DNA of 61,503 nucleotides from Xylographa opegraphella (taxonomy: Eukaryota): positions 1-61,503 of the forward strand of contig JALDZX010000085.1 of assembly GCA_022813865.1 (NCBI GenBank). The letters run 5' to 3'. The notes beneath the pieces were generated by a model. It saw only the letters and a program-made list of their open reading frames with translations, ran no database searches and was not told where the DNA came from. Positions 1 through 15,000 of the stretch are shown here, piece after piece (positions within the stretch are counted from its first letter, which is position 1; every line of letters begins with the position of its first letter). The translations under genes were made by a program, and so were the position numbers.

Positions 1-90
1 TAAGAAAATTAAGAAAATTAAGAAAATTAAGAAAAATAAGAAAAATTAAGAAAAATTAAGAAAAATTAAGAAAAATTAATAAAAATTAAT
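1..90. repeat. Simple tandem repeat (TAAGAAAA(A)T)n
   Basis: About 9 imperfect copies of a 9-10 bp unit read directly at the window start. Confidence 0.85.
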
Positions 91-99
91 ATTTAATTT

Positions 100-1750
100 T
101 TTTTATAATTTTCCTCATTCAAATACGATAAAGGCGGAAGAATAACGGAATCGATTAATCAAAAAAATATTATTATTGAAAAAAGTTCTTTCTCGACCCT
201 TTTAAAGCAAATTTAATAAATATTATTAAATACTTTTATAAAAAGAAATTCGCAAAATATTAAATTTATTCTAAATAATAAAACAACGAAAATTGTATAT
301 AAACCGTAATTTAACAAAGCGTCGAAAGCATTTAATATTTTTAATTAAAAAATTTAAGCTAATTTTTTAATTTTAAAATTATTTTTAGTTTTATTATTTA
401 AAGCATGCGTTAAAACAACGTATTACTTGTTTCGTTATTAAAAAACGAATATTATGATTTTTCGCAAATCGGGGGAAAAAGATTATATAAAGTTATTGCT
501 TTTTTGATAGAATAAAAAATTAAAATCAATTATCGCAATAAAAATTAACAATTTAATAAAAAACATAATTTATTTTTTATTTATTAAATAAAAACGAAAC
601 GCGAGCAATTTTTTAAATTAACGTTAAAATTATTTATAACATAAATTTATATAACATAAAATAAAATTAAAATAATAATCACGTAGCGATGATATTAAAT
701 TTAAATATTAATAACGTTTTTAACAATGTATTTTATAAACGAATATTATATAATTTACGTACATAAAAAATCTCTAATTATTTTATAATATAAATAAATA
801 GTTTTTCCAAAAAAAAATCGATAATAATCTTTAACGTTCGATAAAGAAACTAGCGTTATAACTGACGTTAACGTCGAAATTTTGCAGATATTACTATTTT
901 TATTGAAAATATTTTTAATTTTTAACTCAAATTTATTCGATAGTTATAATAAATTAAATTTAAAAACTATATATATATAAAATTCGTAAACGATATTAAT
1001 ATATTAATTTACGGCCGTTTAATTAAAAAACTATAAAATTTTAATTAAAATATATGGAAAATATATAATATATATAAATAAATACGAGGTCGCCTTCGCG
1101 CCCGAGAAATATAAATTTCTTTCTTTCTTTTATTTATTTTTGAAAAATTTAATATAATTACGATGTTATAAACAGCGAAAGCTATTATTAATTAAAAGAA
1201 ATATTAAAAATTTTAACGCTTAAATTAACACAAAATTAAATTAAAACGTATTTTTATTAAATATAAAAATTCAAAACGCAATATAAATACTGACGATATT
1301 AAAATTAAATAGTTTTATTTGAAAGACGATCTTCGCGAAAATAAAACAAATATATAATATAATATTAAATCGATTATTATATACGAAACGACAATATAAT
1401 ATAAACGAGGCGATATTGAAAAACTAATAAAAGTAAAAAAACGATTCGAAGTTTTATAAAATTAAAGGCTATAAAATAGAACGAAAAACTTTAAAAAAAT
1501 TAATATAAAAATTTTCTAAATAAGGTATTCTACTTTTTATTAAATTATATTTTAATAAGAGTTAGAATTACGCGATTTGACGTATGCGAAATATAAATAA
1601 AATTTTAAAAATAAATAAAATTTACAATAAAATTTACAATAAAATTAAAGTAAAAATAAAAATTCGATTAAAATATATAATTTTTGATAATAGAACAACG
1701 AATTTTAGAAAAAATAATTAATAAAGATATTTTATTGCTGAACGCCAAAA
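100..1750 (+). mobile_element. Degenerate Tad/I-type LINE, ORF2 reverse transcriptase fragment (LINE-A)
   Basis: RIP-decayed motifs in the expected order: YKVIAFL ~486 (=YRPIALL), KFVNDINILIYG ~980 (=GFVDDINILAYG), VAFAPEKYKF ~1088. Ends approximate. Confidence 0.8.
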
Positions 1751-1949
1751 ACGTATATATAACGTTATCGAAAAAAGTTATAATAATCGCTTATTAAAGC
1801 GAATAAAATAAAATAATAAAATAAATATTAAGAAAAAACGAGTAAATATCAACGTAGCGCTATGTTTTTAACGAAAAAATAATAATATAAAAAAACGAGT
1901 TTTAAAAAGTAAAAAATACATTAACGATATACATTAATATAAAAAAATT

Positions 1950-2756
1950 TAAAAGTATATTTATTATCGAAAGAATCCCCAATTATAAATTATGTTATAA
2001 AATGAAAAATTATAATTAACTATCAATAGTTTAACACGTATTAACGTAGTATGAAATTTAAATAACGCTAAAAAACGTATAAAAACGATTTAAATATTAT
2101 TAAATTACTAAATTATAGAAAATTAATTAAATTTATTAAAATAAATATTAATGGCGAAAATGTTTCTTTACGAAGGCGATTAAGTTAATAAATAAATAAA
2201 TATAAATATATAAAGCAACGCCATCGCGACGATAAATATATATTTATATATCGAAAAAGTGATTTTTTAAAGAATTTTATTTACATAATTATTAAATAAA
2301 TTCTCCGATAAATCGATTAAAATCGATGTTATAAAAATATATAAATATTATTATTCTTATTTATTACAATAAAAAGCTAAAGTATCTTTACTTAATAAAA
2401 CATTAACTTTAATTTATAAATGATATAATTTTTTTATTAAAAACACAGGCACCCTAAGAATTAACAAAATAAATTAAAACGATAATGATTTATTATTAAT
2501 ATATAATGTTTATAATTTATTGAAATTATATTACTACACAAGCAAGAGAAGTTTAATATGAATAAAATGTATAATCTTTAAAAACGGCTCGTAAATTTTA
2601 TTGAAAAACTTTAATTTATAATATTTATATTAATTCGATTTAACCAGATTGATTTAATATATAATAATAAATTTATTAATCGAGTTTATTAACGAAACAA
2701 AATTTAAATTAATTTTTAAAAAATTAATTATATATAAAAACGAAAAATATAAATAA
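1950..2756 (+). mobile_element. LINE-B part 1: possible ORF1 end plus APE endonuclease start, interrupted by Copia-1
   Basis: LIYNVYN ~2496-2516 and LLKNFNL*YLY* ~2598 (=LLGDFNLHHP.W) are APE motifs. The left boundary and the ORF1 assignment are weak. Confidence 0.7.
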
Positions 2757-2985
2757 TGTTGAAAATAACGTTGCCTAATAAAATACTTTTTATATTTCCT
2801 GAAAATAACGTAAACGCTAGCCTACTATTGAATTAATATAATTATTAAATTAACGTAATCGCTAAATTAGCTTAGCAGTATATAAAAAACTTTTTTCTTT
2901 AAAGAATTTTCTTTTACGTATTTTAATAAATAGTTTAATAAAATATTAATTTCATTATTTTGATTTTATTTATTTATTTATTTTA
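2757..2985 (+). repeat. 5' LTR of Copia-1
   Basis: Aligns with 8070-8297, differing mainly by transitions. Confidence 0.88.
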
Positions 2986-5900
2986 ACTAATCATAAGCCC
3001 GGGTTCGCGTATTAATTGGAATAATTAATCGCACGAAATAGCTTGATACTCGACAGTTTATTACGAAACTCGATATTAATAAACATTACGGCCATTTATT
3101 ACGCGCTTTTTACGATAAAAATAAATATATATATATTAAACGGTTTTTATTACGCGTTTTAAAGGAGTAAATAAATTCTGCGATTATTTATTACGCGATT
3201 CTTTTAATAAGAGCAAATAAATTTATACTGCCGATTATTATTATACGCTTTTAAAAAATAAATAAATTTTTCGTGATTGAAAACCTTACGATATTTGCGG
3301 TAGTTGATTACGCGAAATCAATATATAAATATATATTTATTAATAGCTTAATACGATAATAAACATTTTATTTTAACAATACTTTTTCTTTTCGTCGCGA
3401 GTCGAATTTTATATTGTTTAGAAAATTCTCTGCCTCGATTAATTCGTAAATAAATTAAAATTTAATAAACGATATTATATATTATAATTTTATATTTTTT
3501 TCTATTTCTTTAGAAAAGATTTATCGCTATTATAAACTTTATGAAATTTTACAGTTTTAAGCGCCCTTTCCTTTTGCTAATAAAACAAATTATTTTTAAT
3601 GATTTATTCTCGCTAAAAGTTCTTTTATATTTGAGCGAGTAATTTATATAATTAAGCAAATATTTAATGTTCATATTATAATTGTTTTTATAAATTCGAA
3701 TACTATTTTAATTAATAATTTAATTGCTTTAGTATTTGATTTTTTTCAAAAAGTAATTTTATATTAACGGTTGCTAAAGTTTTTTAATTATTTTTTTAAT
3801 CGTTTTTCGAAAAATATAAAATAATTAAAAATAATTATAATGTACGAGAAATTTAACAACGTCGAGAAAATATTTATTAAATTGTTAACGAAGGTTTATT
3901 TCAAAACTTTGAATAATATTGCGTTCTAAAGTAAACAGGGCGACCACAGAAAAAAGAATAAAAATAGTACCTTTCGTTATTAAAAAAATTTGTTCAACCT
4001 CGAACGATCGAAGCTTCGTTATAATAAATTTAATAAGTATTTTTTTATTAAGGAAAATATTGCTTAATAGATTATAATTAAATCTTTTTGCTAAAAACAA
4101 ATCGATACGAAACGCTTAAATAGTTTTTTTGAATATAAATTATTTAATAGCAAAATTGCCGATAAAAATAAAAAAATTTACAAAAGAATTAAAGTAAAAA
4201 TCATCGCGAATATAACGCTAAATATTAATTAAATAGTAACGAATTAACGAATTTCGAAATCGATATAAAAAAATAAGACGATCGAAATCGTCGCTTTTTT
4301 TAAAGCCTTTATTAATAAAAATTTTAAATTCGATTAAGTAATTGATTTTAGCGTTTTTTAATATAGTTAATTAATTTAAATTCTTTAATAAATTTTTAGT
4401 TAAGATAAAAAGGTGCCGAACGTTAATTAAGAGGGAAAATCATATATCAATTACGTTAATACAATTATTATACGAAATCGAAAGGGTTATAAAAAAGTTT
4501 ATTTTTTGTTTTTTATATTCCTGATTTTATTATTAATTTTCTTTTTAAAAAATAAATGTGGCATGCGTAGTAACTTTAATAAAAAAGAATTATATATATA
4601 TAATTAAAACGGCAAATAATAAATTACTATTTGTAAAAAAATGGCAAATATATCGTTAAGAAAATAGCAAAAAAACCTAATAATATCGATTTTATTATTT
4701 TTATTCGCAGGAAAGCCGAGCATATATTATTTGTTTAAAATGTAAACACGGCTAAATTTTTTAAATTAATCGATATTCCCATATTTAATTTAAAAACAAT
4801 TTAATTTATTAATTAATAATATAAGTTTTACGTAAAAAAGGGAATTTACGTCGCTTAAAAGCAATATAAATTAAGATATAAAATATATTTTTTAATATCA
4901 TCGTTTCGCGTATTTAAAATACGCCAAAACAAAAATTTCGCATAAAATAATCAAAATTTAAAAATTAATTATCGTTATAAAAAATATCAACGATATTTGT
5001 AAAGTCGGCGCTCTTTTAAAGTTTTGAAACCAAAAAAGCCACGTCGTAAATAAACGTAAATTTAAAAATTTCGCTTTAATTTTAATTAATATATATAAAT
5101 CTTTGATAATGTTTCGCGAAGGTTATTTTTACATTTTTTTATCGTAAATAATTATTTTAAAAAAAATTTAAATTTTTTTATTAAAGCAAAAATTAAACGC
5201 GATCGTCGAGTTAAATCAATAAAAACGAATTATAAAGCTTTAATTTAAAATAAGTTTTATAATAATAACATTTTTAAGTCTAAATTCATTTTAAATAATT
5301 AAAGGGCAAGCATTAAAATCGTTTCGTAATATATAATACTCTATAAATTAATAAAAACTAGTATTGTCGAACGATCAATGTAAATCTTAAAAAAGTTATT
5401 ACGAGTTATATTTCAAAATATAAAATTCGCGTCGAATTTTAAATAAAAATCGAACTAACTAACGTTTATTTAAAAAATCGAATCGACATTAATTTCATAA
5501 TGAACGGCAAATTAATATCGCCTAAAAAAGCCTGAATCAACATTATTTTCAGCATCGAGCATATTAAATTTTAAAAATATAAATATTATTTTTACGTCGA
5601 TTCGAAATTATTATTTTAAAAAGAAAAATAACATAAATTTATAAAGCGTGGTCGTACGGGGATATTTCTATTTTACGTCAACAAAATAAATAAATAATAA
5701 CGTTTATAAATATCGAATCTTTAACGCGTTATTAAAAGTTACGCGGTAGAATTCAAGAAAAATATACTTAAAGAATTGATCGATTTTAAATTCTTAAAAT
5801 AAATTGAAAACGTTTTATCTATTAAAAACCCTGAAGAAAGGCCTCGTATATTATTTAGAAATAATATAAACGTTATATCGATCAAAAAAAGACTCGTTAA

Positions 5901-7014
5901 AAAACCTTGAAAAAAGTTTTAAAACTCGTAAAGAATTTAAGCAGTTAATTACGTTTAAAAGTTAATCAAATAAACCTTTTCGTCTATTTAAAAAATCCCT
6001 TTATTAGCAATTGAATTCTTTTTGTATATAGTAATTCCCAAGCGAAATAATTTAATCGATTAAAGTATTCAAAATGCGTTATTAATCGTTGAAATTCTTT
6101 TTATTTAATGATTTAAAAAAGAATTTAACAAGGTTAATTTCGATAACAATGAATTATTATAAATCTTTCTCGCTATAATTTCAATAAAATTTATTATTAA
6201 AAATTATTTTTTAATTTTAAAAGAAAATTTAACGAAAAAACCTTATTAATTAAAATTTAAAAATAGTAAAAATATTCCGAGCCAGCATAAAGAATTTGTT
6301 ATTCGAAATCGAGAGAAACTTTAACAATATAATATAATTAACGTTTTTAATAAAAAAACAATAAAAACGATAAATTAATTACGAAATTAAATATCGTTTC
6401 TATTTCGTTAACGTATAAAGAAGCGATTAACGATTTAAAACAGAACGAATTTTAAAAAAAATGCCGTAAACGCGAAAATCGTCGTATTCGTATTTAATAA
6501 AATTTAAAAAAAATAGTTTTATTTAAAGGCGTCAATATCGTTATAAATAAATAAATAAATATTTAAATCGAAATTTTACGCTAACGATTCACTAAATACA
6601 TTTAAAGTTTATATTGTGATAAAAGAATTCTCCTAGAAATACGGCGTAAATTAAGAAAATACTTTCGATTTAATAATAAAATACGATATATTTCGCCTCT
6701 TTTTCGCGTTAATTGTTATAAAGAATTTAAAATACGATTAAATAAAAGTTAATACCGTTTTTCCTAAATTTTTCAAAAAAAAACTTATATATCGTCTTTA
6801 TCGAGGATTGAAATTAAGTTAAAATATTGTTTAAAAATATTACAAAATCTTTACGGCTTTAAATAGGCAGCTCATGATTGATAGAAACGTTATATTTAAA
6901 ATTTTAAACGAATTAATTTTGAATAATACAACGTTAACTTATATTTACTAATTTATTTTAATAAAGGAATTTAACTATTTTTATACGTAAGTGATATCGA
7001 AGTCGTAGCATCGC

Positions 7015-7090
7015 GTTGAATTAAAATTAATTGAATTAAAATTGATTAAACTAAAATTAATTAAATTAAAATTGATTAAATTAAAATCAA
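7015..7090. repeat. 15-bp tandem expansion inside the Copia-1 RT region
   Basis: About 5 copies of TTAAAATT(A/G)ATT(G/A)AA-like units immediately after the YVDD-like motif. Confidence 0.7.
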
Positions 7091-8069
7091 ATTCTCAAAA
7101 CTTTTTAAAATTAAAATTTTAAAAGAACTTAAGAAAATTCTCGACAGTTAAATTACGCGCGACAGAAAAAATGGTTTAAATCGCTTAAATTCAATTTATT
7201 ATTTGAATTTTCTTTTTACAAAATTATATATAAAGATCGATAAGTATAAAATAGTACAAATTTTAACAAACGATTACGACAATTAATAGACCTTAAAAAC
7301 AAAAAATTAATTAATATAAATATTAATACGCAACCGAAAGTTTAATATACGTAATTATTCATACGCGCCTCGATATTGTCTTTATTTTTAAAAAAAATAA
7401 AACTAATATTTTAATAATTTTATAAAGTATTACGATTACGTAGTAAAATTTTTGTTTCGTTACGTTCGATCGACGATTAATTTTAAAAAGATTTATAAAG
7501 GCAGTAAAAGCCTTAATTTTATTAACTACTTCGATTTTAATTACGCGATAAATAAATAAAATTAAAGATTTATTTTTAAATACGTATATATATTGAAGAA
7601 TTAATTGCCTAAACATATGAAAAATAAAAATCGATATTTACTTTAATTATTAAAATTGAATATATAGCCCTGTTGAGCTACGCGGAAAAAAAACTTTAAA
7701 TTATATAATTACTTAAATATCTCGGCTGTAATAAATATTCAAATATCGATTTGAATAGTATTTATATTATGAAAAATAATTATTAATAAAAAAATTCGCC
7801 GATACGGCTAGAAAGAAATAATTAAACATTATTAACGCTGGTTAAAAACGTTTATATTTACGAGAAATCGAAATATGTTAACGTTATTTATTATTTTATT
7901 AAAGAATTCTATTAAAGAAATTAAGTTTAAATTAATTTCGTGTCTACGCAAGATATAATCGCAAACGAATTAATTAAATTACTATTTAAATTTAGCTTTT
8001 AAAGGTTCGTTATTTAATTAAATTTTAAGAATAATGGGAGCTAGCGATTTAATAAATATCGAGTATAAG

Positions 8070-8297
8070 TGTTAAAAATAACGTTGTCTATTGAAATATT
8101 ATTTACATTATTTAAAAGTAATATAAACGCTAACCTATTATTAAATTAATATAATTATTAAATTAACGTAGCCGCTAAGCTGGTGTAACAGTATATACAA
8201 AAGCTTTTTTTAAAAAAGAAAGTAATTTATAACACATTTTAATAAATAATTTAATAAAACATTGATTTTATCATTTTGATTCCACCTATTCATTTCA
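8070..8297 (+). repeat. 3' LTR of Copia-1
   Basis: TG...CA termini; aligns with 2757-2985. Confidence 0.88.
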
Positions 8298-9083
8298 ATT
8301 AAAAATATAATTATTTCAATATTCGCAAGCGAAAATTTAATAAAATATATAAATAATTACGACGTTAAATAAAATTTAAACTATTAATTCGATTATTTTT
8401 TAATAATTATTAAATTGAATCAAAAAATAACATATACTATCTCGAGTATGATACCCAAATAAACCGAAATTAATTTGAAAGTAATTTACAAAAAGATATA
8501 AATTATTTTTAAAAAAAAATATAAATAATATAGAATAAAAACGATATAAAACGTAAACTATTAAAAATCGAGTTCGCTTTAAATTTAACGATTAGAAAAC
8601 TTAATTCGATTTTTTATCAATTCATCATTTCGTAAAATTAATAAATCAAAGAATATAAAATTGTAATTAAACAGACGAGAAAAACGCGCAGGATTGACTT
8701 TATATAAAATAATAAAAGAATATATTAAATATCGCCGTATCGTATCGTAGTAAATAAAAATAAAAATATTGTTAAAGCGAAATAAAAAAATTCAATATGA
8801 AATTTAAAATACGTTAAAATTTTTGATAGAAATTTAAAAGCTAATTAAATAAACGCGTACGAAAAGTATCCTTTTTTTCAAATCATCGTAAATACTAAAG
8901 CTATATTTTAACAACATTATTATTATAATTTTAAAAAATAAAATAAAAAGATTTAGAAATAAAATCTTTTTCGAATCCTCGACGGCGGATTTTAAAAATA
9001 AAAATATTATATTTATGTATTTAAAATTAAGGTATCAAAATATTATAGTAAAATAAGTTATATAAATTACTTATAAAATAAAC
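8298..9083 (+). mobile_element. LINE-B part 2: endonuclease C-terminus and linker
   Basis: KNIIISIFASE ~8302 (=STIDLIFAS) and NSDYF-like ~8385 (=SDH.PI). Continues the endonuclease broken at 2756 and joins to 20129. Confidence 0.7.
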
Positions 9084-12000
9084 TGTCACGGGTTTTGAGT
9101 TCTGAATTTTAATCTGATTTTTGCTTTCTCTTTTTGCTCTGCTTGCATATTTTAGCGAGCCATTATATAGTAAAACTTTGTTTTTCATAATTACAATTCA
9201 GCTTTTTCATACCACTACAAATCATAGATTTTATAGTCAGGCGTTGATTGTATAAGTGGTAGTACTAATATTATTCAATTATTTAAAACATTAAAAATAG
9301 TTTACCTATTTTATCAATTAAGGAATTTAGCCCTTCAGCGAGTTACTGTTTTACAAATCAAATTTAGCATTCTTTCGCAAAAAATTTCCAATTTTTTTAA
9401 ATTTTCTTTTCACCTTATTAACATTAATACATTTGTGATATTCAATAGGTGACGTGGTTTTTTCATTTTTTGGAAAAAAAACCCCAATCCGCACTTATTA
9501 TAATTTATACTATTAGAAACATTTTTAGTAAAATCTTTTGTACTTATCGTAACTTTTTCAATCGAAAACGCTATAATAATTCAAATTTGCTTTCGTTTCG
9601 AAGCCTTTATTAAAATCAATTATTAATTCGTTCGATATATTCTACCGTTTTTTAGAGATTTTGTTAAAAGGATTATAATTAGCAACGTTAGATTTACTAA
9701 TTTTTAATTAAATCGTTTCCAATTAGTTAATTTTATCGATTTATTTTAAATAATACAGGCAAAACTTTTAGAAATTTTAACTTAAAATTAAAATTAAATA
9801 ATTAATAAAGTAACTTTTAAATTCGACGTTAAAAACTTATATAAATTCTTTTATATTTATTATTCATATTTTTACAGAAAATTAATATCAAAACAGTTTT
9901 ACTGTAAATTTCCATTTTTTTTATAAATTCTACTACTTTTATTTATAACCGATCAAGTACCCGTAATAAAAAATGATTTAAAAAATCGAACACACTCGAA
10001 CTCCTCGATACTTTAAAAGACGAAAAAATAAAAAATATGAAAATAATAATTATTATAAAGTATTGAATTTAGTAAAATTTAATAGAAAAATCTTCAAAAT
10101 TCAATAATTTAATATTTGCAACCCTTTATTTTATTAAAATCTTTTAATCCCCTTAATTCGTTTAATTTAACTAATTAAAACGGTCAAAATAATAAAGGCG
10201 GAGGTAAAGACTACTAAAAGTCAATAGATTTTAATTTGTTCTATTTAAATATATTAATAAACTGGGGCGAAAAAAATATTATTAATAAAGATTTAAAAAA
10301 TTACTATAGAAATATTTATAATTTTGTAAATTAATTACGTATCGCAGCAAGCACTAAAACTATAGTAATAATATAACTAAATTTAAATACGTACTTTCGT
10401 GGCGAGATCGAATTATAATAAAATTTTAATTTAACGAATTTTTAATAAATAGGGTTAAAAAAATTGTAAAGTTTTTAAATAACGTTTTCGACCGTTATTA
10501 AGCGAAGTCTTTAATAAATACGTTAGTACCCATTATATTATAAAAAATTTACAATAACCGCCGTAGCCTCGTAAAATATATAATATATTTATTATTACTA
10601 CGAAAAGAATATAATTAAAGTAAAAATAAATTTAAATTCGTAGTTCAAATTTAAATACATATTAATTTATTTTTAAAATAATTACTAAATAAACTAAATA
10701 TCGATATTATTATATAAATATTTCTCAAAGTTTTAAAATCGAAGCAGACAAATTTAATAAATATAGAATCTTTAAATCGTTCGTAGTTAAACAATCAATT
10801 TTGATTTAATTTTGAAAATAAACAAAATCAAGACCTTTTTAATTTTTTTAAAAGTGATTTTTAGAATAATTCGAATTTTTTTTAAAATATTCTCGAATAT
10901 TTTTTTAAAGTTATTTTTTTATCAAATATTTCTTCAACCTTTTTTAAGGTTACTTAAATCGTTTTTTTCTTTTAACGTTTTTTTATTTGAACGCAGTTTA
11001 GTAGCTACGACAACTATTATTATTTATTTAAAAAAAATACGTTAAATAGCCAACTTTAGTATTAAGATTCAAATAACGCGATCGAAAAAGCGTTGAAATA
11101 TTTCCAAAAAAAATATTTATTAAATTAAAACGGCTATTAAAATGGCTATTAACTCTTGAAGCAACGATTGTGGTGAATTCGAGGCGAGTCTTTTGGGCGC
11201 TTTTTAATTTCGAGCTTTTTTTCTCATGCATTTACACATAGCAATAGAGTAGCAGAGCCACAACGATAATTAATCTGTTTTTTCCTTCTTTTCACTTTCT
11301 GTCGAACGAATGATAATTTTATTTGAAATTTTTTAAACCTCGCTACGACTTCAATTTACTTTTTTATTTACTTTTTTATTTGTTTAATTAAGCTGCTGCG
11401 AACTTTCTACGAATTTTTTTTATAATTAGCGACCACGAAGCGATTCGACTGCATATTATTAAAATAATAAAGGGGAGAAAATTAAAGGCGGACAGTTGAC
11501 CCTAAAAAAAGAAATTACGATAAAAAATAAAACGTTCTACTAGTTATTCGCGGAAAGGCCTTAAAAAAAATCAGGAACAAGGCGAAGGGATCGCGCGATG
11601 GCGGTAAAAAAAAATTAAATATAAAAAGGGCAAAAAAAAACGAGAAAAGAACGATATTTTTTAAACTTTTAAAAAAACAAAAACTTTAAAATCAGCTCGA
11701 TTATCGCAGCCAGTTATTAATTTAGCAGCAATTTCTATTAGCTATTTTTGTCAATATTTGCAAAAATCAACGGAATCGTATCGATTAATTTTTTTTTAAA
11801 TTTTTTTGTTACCAACTCTAAAAAATATCGTTCGCTTATTTCGTCAATAATACCTTTATTTACTATTATATTGTAGATTAGTATATTAAGAAATACCGTT
11901 TAAAATATACCGTTAACGCAAATCGAAGTAAAAATAGTATATTTAAAAACTTTTTTGCTTTTGCCCGAAACGCTAAATACGCCCCCATTTACGAATTCGA

Positions 12001-15000
12001 AGATTTTTAAATTTATAAAAATTTAAGAAATTTCATATTTAAATTATAATCTGCCGGCCGAAAAGCAAGTACGTTGACTACTATTTTATTATACAAAATT
12101 AGTTAGAAACAATATTAAAGCGCTTTAAAAATACGTAAATCGAGATTAAAAATCGTTTATAAAATAAAATTTAAATGAATACCTTAATCAAAACGAGGGC
12201 TGGAAAATATACTAATAAATTTCTTTTTTAAAAAATATAAAAACGAGGCGAAAGCCAATAAGGTTTCGTTAAAATAGTATTGTCGTCAATTTCGCTTGAT
12301 AACGATAATTTTAATGAAAAAAAAAAGCTTGCGAAACATAATTTCTTTTTTTAATTTTTATAAAAACTTAGCGAAAATAAACGCGCGAAAATGGCTAAAT
12401 ATTGAAAATTTAAATTGAGAAATTTCAGCTCGTAACGCATAATAAACGCTATTAAAAAAACGAGCTTTATTAAAAAAAACCTTAAACCACTGCGAAAAAA
12501 TACTGTAAGCGAGAAAAATTTAAATTAACTAGTCAGAGCTAAAATAGCAAATTAATTAAAACCGTTTTAAAAAATCGATTTTAAAAAGTCAGAGATCTCT
12601 CTCTCTTATCGTCCCGGTAATTTCGATAGTAGCTAAAAATTTGTTAACTCGAAAATCGATAATTTAATCAAGTTCTTTAAAAATTTATTACTTTTAATTT
12701 AGGCCAAATTAAACAAATTAAATCAGCGCCTGAAACAGAGTATATTAACGATTAATAAATTAATTACTCAAAATTAATCGATTTAATTATACCTCAATAA
12801 TAATTATCAGCGAGAATCCACATACGCCTATAATAAATAACAGGGTTGTAGGTTAAGAAAACGAGTAAATATTGCTACGCCCGAAAAAATACGTAAAATA
12901 TACAATTTTTATTTAAAATTGAGGTATTTCCAGCGCGGTTATCCACATTTAAAGAAATTAATTAACGATAAAACAATAAATTTAAACGAAATAAAGAGAA
13001 TCGCTGACGAAAAAAACTTTACTTTTAAAAAATTCGATATAAAAGCTAAATCAGGTTAATCGTTTACTAAAAATAAATATAAACGAAAGTAGCAATCAAA
13101 AAATAAAACGCAAGTTAATTACTTTCGATTGGCTTAAACTTTAATACGAACGAAAAAAAACGACTGTTTTAAATATGTAATAATATTCGCTAAATAGAGA
13201 ATAAAAATTAATACGGTTTAAGCAGAACCTTCGAGTCGAAGGCCGAGTTGATTTTTAAAAATAAAAATATTAAATTAAAATGCTCGAGTAATAAAAAATA
13301 GAATTAAAAAAGGGGGTAAAAGCTTCGAAAACTATTCGTACGGGAAACTATATAAATCTTTATTTTTTTAAAGTACCGAATTAATTCGACAAACTACAAA
13401 ACGTCGAAATAAAAATTAGCCAGAAAACCGTTCAGAATACGCAGCGAAATACGAAAAAAAATAACAAGTAAAATTTTTTTACAGCGACAGTCGATATTAA
13501 AAAAAATATTAAATTAATCAATATTTTGAATTAAGCAGCCATAAATAACCAGAGTTCGATACTGCAAAAAATATTTAAAAATATTATTTTTAACGTTATA
13601 GCAGACGATATACTTTTTTCGAGTATTTTAATTTATAAAATAGTAATCAAACCGAATAAGCCTTCCTTAATAAAGAGAATATATATAAAAATGTTTTATT
13701 AAATGCAAAACACGCATACGATATTATTATCGAATATTCTTTATTTATCGTTAAGCCCCCGAATTCTAAAAATCTTGACTGTATTAAATATTGAAATTAA
13801 AGTTAATTTAATAATAAAAAATTACTCGAAAGCTGAATTTATTTTATAATATCGATGATCGCCTAAAGTTGGTAAATATCAACAACAACGAAACGGTGTT
13901 AAATAACTTTTATTAAAACGTAAAAATAAGCCTTAATTTAGTATTTATAATTCAGTTTCTGCTGGTGGTTAAAAAAGCAAATTAGCCAGTAGTATTGAGA
14001 ATATTATACGTATTTATAATCAATATAAAACCGTCGATAAATAAGGGCTATATATAAATAAAAATAACGAATTCGAAATCCAACAGAGTCGTAAGATTAT
14101 TTGGTATTTAAATAAAAAAAGGCCTACGCATTAAAAAGCTATTTTATTTATATTTTAATATGCAATTCAGACCTTTAAACGATTAAGAAATTTAAAAATC
14201 GACAAGAGGGTTTATAAATATAATTAAATAAGTAAAATGAATATCGTTAAAAAATAATAATTCGTGCCTTAATTTATTATTCGTTCGAACGGAAAATAAA
14301 AAATCGGCTGTTATACATAATTTACCGTATTAATTTGAACTTTTAAATTTGTCGCAGGCTGGGGCTACTCGTTTGTCTCGACGTTGGAATATAAAGTTCG
14401 ATTTACAGTATAAATACAGCCTTTAAATTATTTATAAACGAAAAATCGATAAAATGCAGCCCGTGAACAAATCAAACCTTAAAAAAACACCCATCTCGAT
14501 TTATTAATTAAAAAAAGAATATTAAAGTCGAAGAAAATGTAAATACCAATAATTCAATCGCGAAAACGAGAAACGTTTTATAATAAATAGCCGTTAACAA
14601 GGTAATCGTTTAGCAGTTTATTAAATAAAAAATAAAATTCGTTATTACTTTAAACGCCAATTTTGAACTAAGTTAATTCCTTAATAAAATACTTATCTCG
14701 CAGAAGCCTACGATCGATATAATAAATTATAAATAAAAAATAGCGAAATAAAAAATAAAAATAAAAATCAGTTCGAATTCTTAGCAATTTTTAACAGGCC
14801 TTTTTACCCTCGAAGCATTTCACACTTCAACAGCCGTTAATAGTACAAAAAATCCCTATAATATTAATAATTTTATAAAATTCCTTAATAAAAATATTAA
14901 ACCATAAAACCCTTCGTTTTTTTAATTAGCCGTATTAAATCTCCCGATTCGAACGTTTATTTTAATAAATTCGATGTTATCGCAAATTATTAAACGCAAT

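Larger units (their letters stand above)
2757..8297 (+). mobile_element. Full-length RIP-inactivated Ty1/Copia LTR retrotransposon (Copia-1)
   Basis: Direct repeats 2757-~2985 (TGTTGAAAATAACGTTG) and 8070-8297 (TGTTAAAAATAACGTTG...TTTCA). PBS-like TAATCATAAGCCC (=TGGTCATGAGCCC) ~2988. RT motifs FKVYIVIKEFS*KYG ~6601, LYGFK*AAHD* ~6849, LYVSDI ~6981. RNase H motifs RSKYVNVIYYFIK ~7863 and QDIIANELIKL ~7950. Flanks AATAA/ATTAA match 4 of 5. Confidence 0.92.

Noticed and set aside
1..90. Telomeric repeat
   Set aside because: The unit is irregular, lacks G-runs and grades into a LINE relic.
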